This document shows, piece by piece, positions 52,004 to 63,317 of a DNA stretch of 64,000 nt. A model generated the notes under the pieces. That model was not told the origin of the DNA, searched no databases, and saw nothing but the letters and a program-made list of their open reading frames with translations. How positions within the stretch are numbered: position 1 is the first letter of the stretch; each line of letters begins with the position of its first letter. The position numbers were made by a program, and so were the translations under genes. Source of the stretch: Leptospira sp. (GTDB taxonomy: Bacteria > Spirochaetota > Leptospiria > Leptospirales > Leptospiraceae); contig JAWXAQ010000016.1 of NCBI GenBank assembly GCA_034439575.1, positions 299,500 to 363,499 of the forward strand, read 5' to 3'.

Positions 52004-55000
52004 ATGAAACACGAATATACAAATCCCGCCGCCAAAAGTCTTTTAAAGTTATTACAAGAAAAAATTCTCATTCTCGATGGGGCTATGGGTACAATGATCC
52101 AAAGGCATGCGCTCGAGGAGGATGATTTTCGCGGAGAAAGATTTAAGGATTGGAAATTATCTGTAAAAGGTAACAATGATATGTTGGCAATTACTAGACC
52201 AGATATCATTGAAAGTGTCCACTTGGAATATTTAGAAGCGGGTGCTGATATCATTGAAACAAATACATTTAGTTCCAATTCCATTTCCCAAGCGGATTAT
52301 CATATGGAATCAGCAGTCAGAGATTTGAATTTGGCTGCTGTAGAATGTGCAAAAAAAGCAGTCCAAAAATTTAAAGAAAAATCAGGCAAAACCGAAGTAT
52401 TTATTGCTGGGTCCATTGGCCCAACAGTTAAAACTTCTTCACTTTCACCAGATGTCAATAATCCCGCTTTCCGAGCTGTCACATTTGATCAGTTAGTTGA
52501 TAGTTTTTATGAACAAGTGACTGCACTTATTGATGGAGGAGTCGATTTACTCTTACCTGAAACAAATATTGATACTCTAAACCTAAAAGCTTGTATTTTT
52601 GCTATAGATAAAGTATTCGAAGAACGTAATATACGAATTCCCGTAATTTTATCTGTTACCATTACAGACGCATCTGGAAGGACTTTGTCTGGACAAACAG
52701 GCGAAGCATTTTATCTATCAGTCCGACATGCGAATGCATTAGCCGTTGGAATCAATTGTGCCTTAGGTGCAGGTGAAATGCGTCCTTATATTGGGGAAAT
52801 TTCTCGTGTAGCTGAATGTTATGTTTCCTGTTATCCAAATGCGGGTTTACCAAATGCCTTTGGTGGTTATGACCAAACGCCAAAAGAGTTTGGAACTTGG
52901 ATGGAAGATTTTGCGAAGGCTGGTTTTTTAAATATTGTTGGCGGATGTTGCGGAACAACCCCAGATCATATCCGTGCCGCCGCAGAAGCGGTTAAAAACA
53001 TAGCTCCTAGAAAACTTACCGATAAACCGAGGTATTCTTCTTTTGCTGGTCTTGAACCACTTCACCTAACAAAAGATCAAGGATTTATCAATATTGGAGA
53101 GAGAACAAACGTAACAGGTTCTCCAAAATTCAAAAAATTAATTTTGGATGGGAATTTTGAGGAAGCAGTCCAAGTCGCCTTACAACAAGTGCAAGCTGGT
53201 GCCAACATAATTGATATCAACTTCGATGAAGCACTTTTGGATGGTGAAGGTTCCATGACTAAATTTTTAAATTTAATCGCAGGTGAACCAGAAATCGCAA
53301 GAGTTCCTTTTATGATTGACTCATCCAAATGGACGGTACTTGAAGCTGGTTTGAAATGTATCCAGGGAAAACCGATCGTAAATTCTATTTCATTGAAAGA
53401 AGGGGAAGAATCTTTCTTAAAACATGCGAGAACCATACAAAGATTTGGTGCTGCAGCCATAGTTATGGCCTTTGATGAAAAGGGACAAGCGGCAACTAAA
53501 GATGATAAAGTGCGAATTTGCAAACGGGCTTATGATTTACTGATTGCGAAACTGAATTTCCATCCTGAAGATATTATTTTTGATCCAAATATTCTAACCG
53601 TTGCGACTGGAATTGAAGAACACAACAATTATGCGGTGGATTTTATTGAAGCCACTCGTGAGATCAAAAAAGTATGTCCTGGTGCGAAAGTCTCTGGTGG
53701 ACTCAGTAATATTTCCTTTTCCTTTCGTGGTAACAATCCAGTAAGAGAAGCCATGCATTCTGTTTTTTTATATCATGCGATCCAAGCAGGTATGGATATG
53801 GCCATTGTCAACGCGGGAATGCTTGAAGTTTACGAACAGATTCCCAAAGACTTATTGGAATTAATAGAAGATGTATTATTAAATCGAAGACCTGATGCCA
53901 CCGAACGTTTGATTGATGCGGCAGGGACATTTCACGGCGAAGCTAAAGTTTTGAAAAAAGATGATGAATGGCGTAAAATGTCAGTCGAAGAAAGACTAAC
54001 GTATGCACTCGTTAAAGGTATCGATGAATTTGTAAATGCTGATACCGAAGAAGCTAGACAACTTTTTGCCAAACCACTTGAAGTGATCGAAGGACCACTC
54101 ATGAATGGAATGAAAGTCGTTGGTGAGTTGTTTGGTGCTGGTAAAATGTTTCTTCCCCAAGTGGTAAAAAGTGCGCGCGTTATGAAAAAGGCTGTCGCAT
54201 ATTTATTACCATTTATGGAAGAAGAAAAAAGAAATCAAAAAGATGATTCAGCACAAGCAAAATTCTTAGTTGCGACTGTTAAAGGTGATGTCCACGATAT
54301 TGGAAAGAATATTGTCGGAGTCGTACTTGCGTGTAACAACTATGAAGTGATAGATCTCGGTGTGATGGTACCGACGGAAAAAATTCTTGAAACCGCAAGG
54401 CGTGAAAATGTACAAGCGATTGGACTATCGGGTCTTATCACTCCATCTTTGGATGAAATGGTATTTGTTGCCAAAGAGATGGAAAGGCAAGGATTCACTA
54501 TCCCACTCCTTATCGGGGGAGCCACGACTTCACCAGCACATACTGCAGTAAAAATTTCAGAACAATACTCTCATCCCGTCATTCATGTTTTGGATGCATC
54601 TCGCGTTGTGAATGTGATGAATGGTGTGCTGAATCCTTTAGAAAAGGTGAAGTACCTTGCCGGTGTCAAAGAGGAACAAGCGCAAATTCGTGAGGATTTT
54701 TATGCACGCGAAAGTGAAAGAAATTTACTCACGTTACCTGATGCGATCGCAAATAAAATTAAAATTAAATGGGAAACCTATACTCCACCTAAACCATCTT
54801 TTACGGGCGTCAAACAGGTTAAAGATGTCACACTTGAGATGCTTGTGCCTTTTATTGATTGGTCTCCCTTCTTTTTGGCATGGGAATTAAAGGGAAGATT
54901 TCCATATATCTTGAAAGATCCAGTTGTTGGAAAGGAAGCCACAAAACTCTACCAGGATGCGAAGGAAATGCTTACCAAAATGATTTCGGACAAACGTTTG

Positions 55001-55726
55001 AAACCACAAGCAGTCGTCGGTATGTTTCCTGCCCATTCCTTAGGGGAAGCCGTTGAAATTTTCGAAGATGAGGATAAGAAAAAATCATTGGGTCTTTATC
55101 CTATGTTACGTCAACAGATCACAAGACTCAAAGGGCACCCAAACTTAAGTTTGGCGGACTATATTGCACCTAAGGAGACTGGTTTAAAAGACTATATGGG
55201 ATTTTTTGCTGTGACTGCAGGGCACGGCGTTGAAGAAATCGCTAAGGAATACGAAGCTGATCATGATGATTATAATTCAATTCTTGTAAAGGCACTCGCA
55301 GATCGTTTTGCGGAAGCCTTTGCAGAATATATGCACAAACAGATGCGCGATGAATGGGGTTTTGGAAAAGAAGAAAATCTGAGTTCTGATGATTTGATTC
55401 GGGAAAAATACCGTGGCATACGTCCAGCACCTGGGTATCCAGCTTGCCCAGATCATACGGAAAAACGCAAACTTTGGGAATTATTGGAAGTAGAAAAAAA
55501 CACAGGGATGATACTCACAGAGAGTTGTGCTATGTGGCCTGCAAGTTCAGTGAGTGGGTATTATTTTTCTAATCCAGAAGCAAAGTACTTCGCCATTGGA
55601 AAAATTAACGAAGATCAGGTGGAGGCATATGCAAAAATGAAAAATATGCCAATTCCTGAAATTGAAAGATGGCTATCACCTTACTTGAATTACGATCCAT
55701 CCCGTAAAGCAGTCACTTCAAAATAA
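52004..55726 (+). CDS. metH: Cobalamin-dependent methionine synthase
   Basis: [53 protein letters not shown]. Confidence 0.98.
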   Translation: MKHEYTNPAAKSLLKLLQEKILILDGAMGTMIQRHALEEDDFRGERFKDWKLSVKGNNDMLAITRPDIIESVHLEYLEAGADIIETNTFSSNSISQADYHMESAVRDLNLAAVECAKKAVQKFKEKSGKTEVFIAGSIGPTVKTSSLSPDVNNPAFRAVTFDQLVDSFYEQVTALIDGGVDLLLPETNIDTLNLKACIFAIDKVFEERNIRIPVILSVTITDASGRTLSGQTGEAFYLSVRHANALAVGINCALGAGEMRPYIGEISRVAECYVSCYPNAGLPNAFGGYDQTPKEFGTWMEDFAKAGFLNIVGGCCGTTPDHIRAAAEAVKNIAPRKLTDKPRYSSFAGLEPLHLTKDQGFINIGERTNVTGSPKFKKLILDGNFEEAVQVALQQVQAGANIIDINFDEALLDGEGSMTKFLNLIAGEPEIARVPFMIDSSKWTVLEAGLKCIQGKPIVNSISLKEGEESFLKHARTIQRFGAAAIVMAFDEKGQAATKDDKVRICKRAYDLLIAKLNFHPEDIIFDPNILTVATGIEEHNNYAVDFIEATREIKKVCPGAKVSGGLSNISFSFRGNNPVREAMHSVFLYHAIQAGMDMAIVNAGMLEVYEQIPKDLLELIEDVLLNRRPDATERLIDAAGTFHGEAKVLKKDDEWRKMSVEERLTYALVKGIDEFVNADTEEARQLFAKPLEVIEGPLMNGMKVVGELFGAGKMFLPQVVKSARVMKKAVAYLLPFMEEEKRNQKDDSAQAKFLVATVKGDVHDIGKNIVGVVLACNNYEVIDLGVMVPTEKILETARRENVQAIGLSGLITPSLDEMVFVAKEMERQGFTIPLLIGGATTSPAHTAVKISEQYSHPVIHVLDASRVVNVMNGVLNPLEKVKYLAGVKEEQAQIREDFYARESERNLLTLPDAIANKIKIKWETYTPPKPSFTGVKQVKDVTLEMLVPFIDWSPFFLAWELKGRFPYILKDPVVGKEATKLYQDAKEMLTKMISDKRLKPQAVVGMFPAHSLGEAVEIFEDEDKKKSLGLYPMLRQQITRLKGHPNLSLADYIAPKETGLKDYMGFFAVTAGHGVEEIAKEYEADHDDYNSILVKALADRFAEAFAEYMHKQMRDEWGFGKEENLSSDDLIREKYRGIRPAPGYPACPDHTEKRKLWELLEVEKNTGMILTESCAMWPASSVSGYYFSNPEAKYFAIGKINEDQVEAYAKMKNMPIPEIERWLSPYLNYDPSRKAVTSK

Positions 55727-55727
55727 T

Positions 55728-56012
55728 ATGCATGATCACGGATGGAAATTTGTTGAGACCACTAAGCTCGGTGATGGTTTTTCGTTTCATCCGAATCTAT
55801 CAAAGTGGCTGACCGAACTCACGCAATTACCACAAAATATTGAGATTAGTGTTTTTGAGGCTAATTGTGGTGAGGTGAATTGCCCCGTGGAAGAAGTTAA
55901 ATTGACTTGGAATGAGGGACAGTCGGAAGATAAGTTGCGACTCGGAAGAGGGAAAGAGAAGATACTCAAACAAGATGTTTATCTTTCTTGGAAAAAGAAA
56001 ATAAGTAATTAA
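55728..56012 (+). CDS. Small hypothetical protein with CX4CP motif
   Basis: Starts 1 nt after the metH stop; EANCGEVNCPVEEV. Confidence 0.65.
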   Translation: MHDHGWKFVETTKLGDGFSFHPNLSKWLTELTQLPQNIEISVFEANCGEVNCPVEEVKLTWNEGQSEDKLRLGRGKEKILKQDVYLSWKKKISN

Positions 56013-56026
56013 GGATTAAAAAATCT

Positions 56027-56857
56027 TTAATTTGAAGATCTAACAGGGAATAGGTATTTTAAACCAAGATTTCCTTGGACTTCTGGAGACCAAAGATCGT
56101 CCAAAGTTTTGTTCGCTTCACGAGCGTTAATCGGCACTTTAACCATACCTTCAAATACTAGATTGCTATTGGAAATGCTAATCCCTGGTGAAACATAGAT
56201 TTGACGGCCAACGAAATTGGACCGAGCAGGATCCTGGACTTTCAGAGCGGTATTGAATTGGCGAGAAATACTATCCCCTTCGAATCTATGCAATTCTGAA
56301 AGTTGGAGGAAAAGTTCCCAACGAGAATTTTTTAGGAAAGAAAATATATTGCGATTGAGTCGGTATTTGACTCGCATTTTGGTTTCGGCTGCATCCAAAT
56401 ACGCAAGACTGCCTTGGTTAAGCGACAATCCAAAACTTAAACCCATATCAAAACTAACACCTCTACGGTAACTAATGTATGTTACATTTGGCTGGTAAGA
56501 GAGAACGCTATTATTTACCACTCGGGAATTTGCATCAAAATTACCCTCTGGGTTTCGGTACGGCAAACTGGCAGAAAAAGGAACGACTGGTGAAAAAATT
56601 TGAACATTGCCAATCGGATCAGCAATGGAAAATCCTTTTTCCAAACGTGGCGTCCGTCCCAGTTCTAATTCAGCGGGAAAACGAAAAGGGATGGATAAGG
56701 AAGGGGAATTAAAATCATCGTTCGCGTTATTGACACGAAACAAAGAAGGGCGCGGATCCGAAATGGAATAACTAGAAAAAAAGGGCAAACCCTGCGAAAG
56801 CAATGTCATCGCAAAACTTGGCATTACAAGTAAGATGATGAGTGCCTTTTTAGTCAT
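56027..56857 (-). CDS. Hypothetical exported protein, beta-rich
   Basis: Signal peptide; beta-strand-like C-terminus GNLGLKYLF. Confidence 0.65.
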   Translation of the reverse strand: MTKKALIILLVMPSFAMTLLSQGLPFFSSYSISDPRPSLFRVNNANDDFNSPSLSIPFRFPAELELGRTPRLEKGFSIADPIGNVQIFSPVVPFSASLPYRNPEGNFDANSRVVNNSVLSYQPNVTYISYRRGVSFDMGLSFGLSLNQGSLAYLDAAETKMRVKYRLNRNIFSFLKNSRWELFLQLSELHRFEGDSISRQFNTALKVQDPARSNFVGRQIYVSPGISISNSNLVFEGMVKVPINAREANKTLDDLWSPEVQGNLGLKYLFPVRSSN

Positions 56858-56943
56858 TACTTATGACTCTCGGTTAAAATTCCTAAAATTGCAATGAAAT
56901 TTGCTTTCTTGTTTTGTTTTTTTTTGTGATAAAACTAATGAGA

Positions 56944-58248
56944 ATGAACAAGAATGATACCTTAGTTGAAAATTTTGGCGAATGCAATTATCCAAATCCC
57001 GCGAATTATGAAAATTGGACGGACGAAAATTCCGTAGTCTTATTCCAGACTATTTTTTCAGGCCCAGAAGATGCCTTAAAAACGGTTCAGACAAATCCTG
57101 TTTTTTTTGAACAAGCAGGGCCCAGGGAAAAAATCTATTTCAATCCACTAGATGTGACTGCAGGTATCGTCACCTGTGGCGGGTTATGCCCTGGCATCAA
57201 TGACGTAATTCGGGCACTTGTCATGGAATTACATTATAGATATAAAGTTCCACGCATTTTGGGCTTTCCCTTTGGCTACGAAGGTATGGTCAAAAAGTCT
57301 GGGCATAGACCTGTTGAGCTAACACCCGATAAAGTGGCTCATATTATGAATTTCGGGGGTTCGATTTTAGGCTCTTCTCGTGGCAACCAAACAACAACGG
57401 ATATGGTTGACACCTTATGTTTGTACGGTGTTAAAATGCTTTTTTGTATCGGGGGGGATGGCACATTACGAGGAGCCCAGGCTATCCAAGATGAAGTGAA
57501 AAGACGAAAGGAAGACATCGCCATAGTTGGAATTCCAAAAACAATTGATAATGATATCAATTATGTCCAAAAAACTTTTGGTTTCTCAACAGCGTTTAGT
57601 AAGGCGGTCGAAGCTGTCAACTGTGCACATGAAGAGGCAAAGGGTGCTCCTTTCGGTATTGGTCTTGTTAAATTAATGGGGCGGCATTCTGGATTTATCG
57701 CAGTGAATGCGGCACTGGCTTCAAAAAATGTTAATTTTGTTTTGATTCCTGAATCTGATTTTGATTTGGAAGGCAAAGGAGGATTTTTAGAAGTTTTGAA
57801 AGAACGTATCAAACGAAGAGGGCATTCCGTAATCATAGTTGCTGAAGGTGCTGGCCAAAAGTATTTCGAAGACAAGGGAGAAAAAGACCAATCAGGTAAC
57901 AAGAAATTGGCGGATATCGGAATATTTATGAAAGATAAAATTACTGAATACTTAAAAAAAGAAGGAATTCCTGCAAATCTCAAATACATTGATCCAAGTT
58001 ATATCATTCGTTCTGTTCCTGCCAATGCAGAAGATTCTGTATTTTGTGGGTTTCTGGCGCAAAACGCAGTACATGCGGCCTTCGCTGGTAAAACAGGTTG
58101 TGTCGTAGGCATTTGGAATAATGTATTTACGGTGATGCCGATTTCACTTGCGATAGCCGAAAGAAAAGTACTTCGACCAGAAAAGAGTACTCTTTGGAGA
58201 GCCTTACTTGCATCCACGGGACAACCAAACAGCATGAAGGCGAGCTGA
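56944..58248 (+). CDS. pfkA: ATP-dependent 6-phosphofructokinase (GGDG + PKTIDND subtype)
   Basis: [44 protein letters not shown]. The start may be 56938. Confidence 0.93.
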   Translation: MNKNDTLVENFGECNYPNPANYENWTDENSVVLFQTIFSGPEDALKTVQTNPVFFEQAGPREKIYFNPLDVTAGIVTCGGLCPGINDVIRALVMELHYRYKVPRILGFPFGYEGMVKKSGHRPVELTPDKVAHIMNFGGSILGSSRGNQTTTDMVDTLCLYGVKMLFCIGGDGTLRGAQAIQDEVKRRKEDIAIVGIPKTIDNDINYVQKTFGFSTAFSKAVEAVNCAHEEAKGAPFGIGLVKLMGRHSGFIAVNAALASKNVNFVLIPESDFDLEGKGGFLEVLKERIKRRGHSVIIVAEGAGQKYFEDKGEKDQSGNKKLADIGIFMKDKITEYLKKEGIPANLKYIDPSYIIRSVPANAEDSVFCGFLAQNAVHAAFAGKTGCVVGIWNNVFTVMPISLAIAERKVLRPEKSTLWRALLASTGQPNSMKAS

Positions 58249-58309
58249 GCGTTGGAAATGGTAAGATTATATTAATTTGAAAAAGATATTCGAAATTGAT
58301 TAAATTAAT

Positions 58310-60055
58310 TTAATTGAGACGAATGATAAAAAGTGTAATGTCATCATGAGGCTCAGCATCACCGATAAATTCACCTACTTTTTGTAAGATGGATTTACGG
58401 ATGATTTCAGGTGAATCGTTGATATGAGTGAGGACTGCTGACTCCAGTCTTTCATCGGAAAAAAGTTCTTCCTTGGCATTCATAGCTTCTGTTACACCAT
58501 CGGTATAAAGTACGATCAAATCACCTGGTTGGTAGGGGACAACATGTTCGGAAAATTCACAATTGCTAATCCCCATAGGTTGTCCTTTTCCTGAAAGATG
58601 TTGGATTTTATGGGATTTTTTGCGGTACATCAACTGCATATTGTGGCCAGCAGAAGAATATGTGATTTCCTTTTTTGTCATATTGATTCGTACGAGCATG
58701 GCTGTAACAAACATTAAAAAACCAGATTTATCTTGAATGATTTCATTCGCACGAGTGAGTGCTTCTTTGGTGGAAGTGGTTTTTGCGACCTCTTGTTGGA
58801 GTATGGTTTTTGATAATTCCATAAAAAGAGCCGCTGGAGTTCCTTTCCCAGAAACATCCGCAATCATAACTGAGACTTCATCTTTACCGTGAATGACCAT
58901 ATCATAGAAGTCACCGCCTATCTCACGTGAGGCTTGGTAATAGGTATCAAATTCCAAAAGCGAATAATTCTTCGGAATGATCGGCAGTGAATGTTTTTGG
59001 ATCATTGCCGCTGTTTGCATATCTCTGTCTATGTTTTTTAGCCGTTCACTTTGTATCTTTACTTGTAATGTAGTGTAGGCCTCTCCGACTTGGTTTGAAA
59101 GAGTGCGTAGGATTTTGATGTCCATTTCATCAAATTTTGTGCGGGTATTTTTATCAGATACAGTTAAGGAACCTAGCCATTGTTTGTTTTTTAATATCGG
59201 AAGAACGATAAGGCTATGTTGAAAGATTCCTTTTTGTGTCAGAGACATTCCTTGTGGGGAATTCGCAAGTATGACTTTAAATCCTTTATACATCCAGTCT
59301 GCTTTGTCAGTATAGAGTGCTGCTTGCACTTCATCATCTTGGAAAACATCAGAAAATCCCTTTGATTTAGATCTCGGCAATCCTTTTTGCTCCAACTTTT
59401 CAAAGTTAAGCGCGACTCTATCCACATGCAAAATATCTGATATGGTTTTCACAGCTAAATCCATAAACTCTTCCGAATTTTGGATGTTTGAGAGGGCTTG
59501 CGAAATTTGATATAGGCAATTTAATTCATTCGCCCTGGAATTTAACTGATCGATTAAAATACGGTTACGAACAGCAATCGCTGCAAGATTGGAAAGATAT
59601 TTTAAAATTTTAATATCTGTTTGGTTGAAACTTCTTCCATCCAATGTATTTACGGCTTCAAGTACACCTTGTACTTCGTTTTGAGCAATCATCGGTACAC
59701 AAAGTAAATTTCTAGTATGGTAACCCACTTTTTTATCAATATCTTTAAAAATTCGGGGATCGTTTTCGGCATCGTTTACAATTTCTGGTTGTAAAGTTTC
59801 AAGCACCATACCTGCAATCCCTTTTCCCCTAGGAACAGTTAGTTGGGATAATGATTCTTCTTTTAGGCCACTGGTTGTATTAAAAACTAAGACGTCTTTT
59901 TCCTTATCATATAGAAGGAGAGAAGACCCTTCTGTATCCAAGACGTCACGAGTGATGCCCATAATTTCACTGAGTAATGTCTCCAGGTCTTCTGTAGAAT
60001 TGATCCGACTCGTTATATCTGAAATTAAGTTGAGTGTGAGTTGTTTCGTCGGCAT
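58310..60055 (-). CDS. GAF-GAF-SpoIIE/PP2C (RsbU-like) phosphatase
   Basis: GAF (GIAG.V, F..ID..GY.TRN.LCVP), IGGDFYD, ADVSGKG, AGH, YTDGVTEA, HDDIT. Confidence 0.92.
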   Translation of the reverse strand: MPTKQLTLNLISDITSRINSTEDLETLLSEIMGITRDVLDTEGSSLLLYDKEKDVLVFNTTSGLKEESLSQLTVPRGKGIAGMVLETLQPEIVNDAENDPRIFKDIDKKVGYHTRNLLCVPMIAQNEVQGVLEAVNTLDGRSFNQTDIKILKYLSNLAAIAVRNRILIDQLNSRANELNCLYQISQALSNIQNSEEFMDLAVKTISDILHVDRVALNFEKLEQKGLPRSKSKGFSDVFQDDEVQAALYTDKADWMYKGFKVILANSPQGMSLTQKGIFQHSLIVLPILKNKQWLGSLTVSDKNTRTKFDEMDIKILRTLSNQVGEAYTTLQVKIQSERLKNIDRDMQTAAMIQKHSLPIIPKNYSLLEFDTYYQASREIGGDFYDMVIHGKDEVSVMIADVSGKGTPAALFMELSKTILQQEVAKTTSTKEALTRANEIIQDKSGFLMFVTAMLVRINMTKKEITYSSAGHNMQLMYRKKSHKIQHLSGKGQPMGISNCEFSEHVVPYQPGDLIVLYTDGVTEAMNAKEELFSDERLESAVLTHINDSPEIIRKSILQKVGEFIGDAEPHDDITLFIIRLN

Positions 60056-60067
60056 AGGATTGATGAT

Positions 60068-60940
60068 TTATTCGATGAGACTCCCGATTCCCTGATTTGT
60101 CAAGACCTCAATTAAAACAGAATGAGCTACTCTTCCATCGATAATATGACTTCTTTTGACACCACCGGCCAATGCTTCCAAACAACATTCTACTTTTGGT
60201 ATCATTCCACCGCTGATATCACCTGATTTAATCCAGTCGTTTATGATTTGTTTGTTGAGACCAGTTACCAATTTTTCTTTAATGAGAATGCCTGGAGTGT
60301 CTGTCAAAAGGATCAATTTTTCCGCTTTTAAGGAAGCAGCAATGGCACCTGCCATAGTGTCGGCATTTATATTTAAAGTTTTTCCTTCTTTGGATGCGGC
60401 TACTGGTGAAATAATTGGGATAAAACCTTCTGATTGTAATGTGCGGATGATCGAAGGATTGACTTCTGTCACTTGGCCAACAAGCCCCAAATCCATAGAT
60501 TGTTTTGTGCCATTCTCATCTTCAAATTCCATGAGATACTTTTCGGCAATAGCAAGCCCACCATCTTTACCAGAAAGGCCCACAGACTTTCCACCTTTTT
60601 CTTGGATTAAGGAAACAATTTGTTTGTTTACCTTGCCCGTTAGAACCATTTCCACAACTTCCATAGTGGGTTCATCTGTCACACGGTGACCGCGCACAAA
60701 TTGGGTGTTTAAATTAAGCGATTTAATCAATTGATTGATTTCTGGACCTCCGCCGTGTACGACAACGGGATTGATTCCCAGATATTTCAATAGAACAATG
60801 TCCTCAGCAAAGGATCCACGTAATTCTTCTTGAACCATTGCGGCGCCACCGTACTTGATAACGATAGTTTTGCCAGAGTATTTAATCAGATAAGGCAAAG
60901 CCTCTAGGATGTGCGTGATTTTTTCCAATTTCTGGTCCAT
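60068..60940 (-). CDS. argB: Acetylglutamate kinase
   Basis: [34 protein letters not shown]. Start at ATG 60940, after GAGGA. Confidence 0.96.
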   Translation of the reverse strand: MDQKLEKITHILEALPYLIKYSGKTIVIKYGGAAMVQEELRGSFAEDIVLLKYLGINPVVVHGGGPEINQLIKSLNLNTQFVRGHRVTDEPTMEVVEMVLTGKVNKQIVSLIQEKGGKSVGLSGKDGGLAIAEKYLMEFEDENGTKQSMDLGLVGQVTEVNPSIIRTLQSEGFIPIISPVAASKEGKTLNINADTMAGAIAASLKAEKLILLTDTPGILIKEKLVTGLNKQIINDWIKSGDISGGMIPKVECCLEALAGGVKRSHIIDGRVAHSVLIEVLTNQGIGSLIE

Positions 60941-60998
60941 GGAATTCCTCTTCCTGGACATAGAAATGAAACCTAAAGAATAAAAGGACTTTTTTTTT

Positions 60999-61820
60999 AT
61001 GTCAGAAAAATATAAAGCGGCGGCCATTCAAATTACAAGTACTGCAAGGGTTTCAAATAACCTAACAGTATGTAGGAAATTAATTGAGGATGCTTGCAAA
61101 GAAGGTGCAAAACTAATTGGTTTACCTGAAAATTTTTCCTTTATGGGAAATGAGACAGAAAAAAGAAATCTACTTGGTCAAATTGAAGAAGAGACGATTT
61201 ACTTTTTAAAAGAGACATCGTATGAACTAGGAATTTTTATTCTGGGTGGTGGGTTTCCGACGGATGCGGGAGAAGGAAAAGTTTTTAATACAGCGATGAT
61301 GTTTTCCCCTGAAGGGAAAGAAATTTTTAAATACAACAAAGCACATCTTTTTAATGCCGATGTAGGGGATGGATTTAGTTATAGTGAATCTAAATCTACT
61401 ATGAGTGGGGGAAAACTACCTGATGTTATATCAACGTCTATAGGGAATTTATCCTCTGGTATTTGTTATGATGTGCGTTTCCCTGAACTTTTTCGAAAGT
61501 TGTCGCATAATGGTTGTGAAGTTTGTTTTTTGCCTGCTGCTTTTACCGTCCCAACGGGCATCGCTCATTGGGAAGTCTTATTACGTGCGAGAGCCATAGA
61601 AAATTTAATGTACATCATTGCACCTGGACAGACTGGTACACATGATCCGCATGGAAATAGGAAAACATTTGGTCATTCGCTCATCATCTCCCCTTGGGGA
61701 GATGTGTTAGCTGATGCGGGAACGGATCCTGGTTATGCATTGGCAGAGATAAATCTTTCTACATTACGAGAAAAACGGAAAAATTTCCCTGCATTAGAAC
61801 ATTCGCTTTTTTTAAAGTAA
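60999..61820 (+). CDS. Carbon-nitrogen hydrolase (Nit1-like)
   Basis: LPEN (Glu), YNKAHLF (Lys), ICYDVRFPE (Cys), [13 protein letters not shown]. Confidence 0.93.
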   Translation: MSEKYKAAAIQITSTARVSNNLTVCRKLIEDACKEGAKLIGLPENFSFMGNETEKRNLLGQIEEETIYFLKETSYELGIFILGGGFPTDAGEGKVFNTAMMFSPEGKEIFKYNKAHLFNADVGDGFSYSESKSTMSGGKLPDVISTSIGNLSSGICYDVRFPELFRKLSHNGCEVCFLPAAFTVPTGIAHWEVLLRARAIENLMYIIAPGQTGTHDPHGNRKTFGHSLIISPWGDVLADAGTDPGYALAEINLSTLREKRKNFPALEHSLFLK

Positions 61821-62157
61821 TGTATTGATCATTCTGATAAATGTGCTTTCTCATTCGGTAATTGATTTGTCTCATTAAAATGGGACATGGCAGTATCCCG
61901 TTACTCTTCAATATTATCTATGATCCAGTCATGGATTTCTATCGCTATTTTGAGCTTTATGCAATAACCGATAGGTAAATTAATTTGACTGCATTTTTTT
62001 TCGATGGTGACTTTGACCTTACTTGACTAATCGAAGATATGTCTGAAAGAATTTTAAATGTCGAAGTCTCCCTTGTTTAGGGGAGGCAACAAGGTAAATA
62101 TTATGCTTGGCAATTCTAGAAAATTTTGAAATAAATGAGATGCAAAAAGGTATTTAT

Positions 62158-63315
62158 ATGAATTCAAAACAACTATCTATTATTTCAATTCTACTACTAT
62201 TGTTAACGCAGACGAATTCTTGCAAAAAAGAAAATGCTGGAAAAGAACCATTGACAACGAAGACAGAGAGTGCTTCGGAAATTAAAAGTACTACTGCCGT
62301 AGTGATCTTTGCAGTCGGTGATATTCACAGTAAGGAAAGGAAATTGGTGCTTGGTGATGTGGTCACTGATAAAGAAACGATAATCACTGGCAAAAAATCT
62401 CTTTGCGACATTCAAATCGCTGATTCGGAAGCGGGTATTGTAGTTCGCATCAAACCAGATTCTGAATTTAAATTGAATCCATCTCAAAATTCTGATGGAA
62501 GCGATGTAAATATGGCTTTAAAAGTTGGATCTGCTTTATTCAAAGTTAATAACAAACTAAAGAAAGATCAAACGGTTAAAGTGACTATGCCAACTATGGT
62601 GGCGGGTGTTCGTGGGACAAGTTTCACGGCGGATATTTCAAAAAAAGGGGATGTTGCCTTGCAAGTAGCGGAAGGGTCAGTATCCAGTCGCCCAGCCATT
62701 GCAGAGCTTGATTCACTGCCAGAAGAAGTTCGTACTAAGTCTGAAGCCATTCAAGCAGTCGAGACTTCGTTAGCTGGAACAGAGCAAGTGTTAGAAGCTG
62801 GCCAAAAAGTAACTGTCACTAAATCTTATACTGATAAAATTTTGAAAGACACTGGACTCAAAGAAGTAATTCCCCAAGTGCAAGAGGCGATCAAAAAAGG
62901 TGATTTAGCTCTCGCTTCCGAAAAATTAGATTCTTCTTCGGGTAGTAAAGATGAAACTAAACAAAATATATCTGAAAAAGTTACTTCTCAAGTTCCCATC
63001 AAAATTGAAAAATCAAATCCTAAAGATATACAAACTCAGCTAAAAGAGTTTGAAGAGCTTATTGCCATTGAAAAACAAAAAATGGACAATGAGTCAACTA
63101 GGAAAACTGAAATTTCATCACGTAACAAAGAACAAAAAGCGCAATTGATGAAGCGAATCGAACAGATTACTGGAAAAGCGACTGAGACATTAGTTCTAAA
63201 AAATGGCACTAGAGTAGAAGGGGTTATCATTCAAGAAGGGGACACGTATCATGTGTTAACTACAGAAGGCAAAAAAAGTTTTACTGAATCCCAAGTAGAA
63301 GGTACTGAATTCTAA
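62158..63315 (+). CDS. FecR-domain lipoprotein (LipL45-like)
   Basis: Signal ..TNSCKKE; I.TG..S.CD, PT.VAGVRGTSF, V.EG.V; C-terminal L.NG...G.I motif. Start at ATG 62158, after AAAGG. Confidence 0.82.
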   Translation: MNSKQLSIISILLLLLTQTNSCKKENAGKEPLTTKTESASEIKSTTAVVIFAVGDIHSKERKLVLGDVVTDKETIITGKKSLCDIQIADSEAGIVVRIKPDSEFKLNPSQNSDGSDVNMALKVGSALFKVNNKLKKDQTVKVTMPTMVAGVRGTSFTADISKKGDVALQVAEGSVSSRPAIAELDSLPEEVRTKSEAIQAVETSLAGTEQVLEAGQKVTVTKSYTDKILKDTGLKEVIPQVQEAIKKGDLALASEKLDSSSGSKDETKQNISEKVTSQVPIKIEKSNPKDIQTQLKEFEELIAIEKQKMDNESTRKTEISSRNKEQKAQLMKRIEQITGKATETLVLKNGTRVEGVIIQEGDTYHVLTTEGKKSFTESQVEGTEF

Positions 63316-63317
63316 AA

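Noticed and set aside
60941-61027. N-terminal extension of argB overlapping the nitrilase start
   Set aside because: It would overlap a divergent gene; ATG 60940 has an SD and matches the usual ArgB start region.
61895-62030. About 40-codon minus-strand open stretch (..KVTIEKKCSQINLPIGYCIKLKIAIEIHDWIIDNIEE*) as a gene remnant
   Set aside because: No start codon, bounded by an upstream stop, and no recognisable family.
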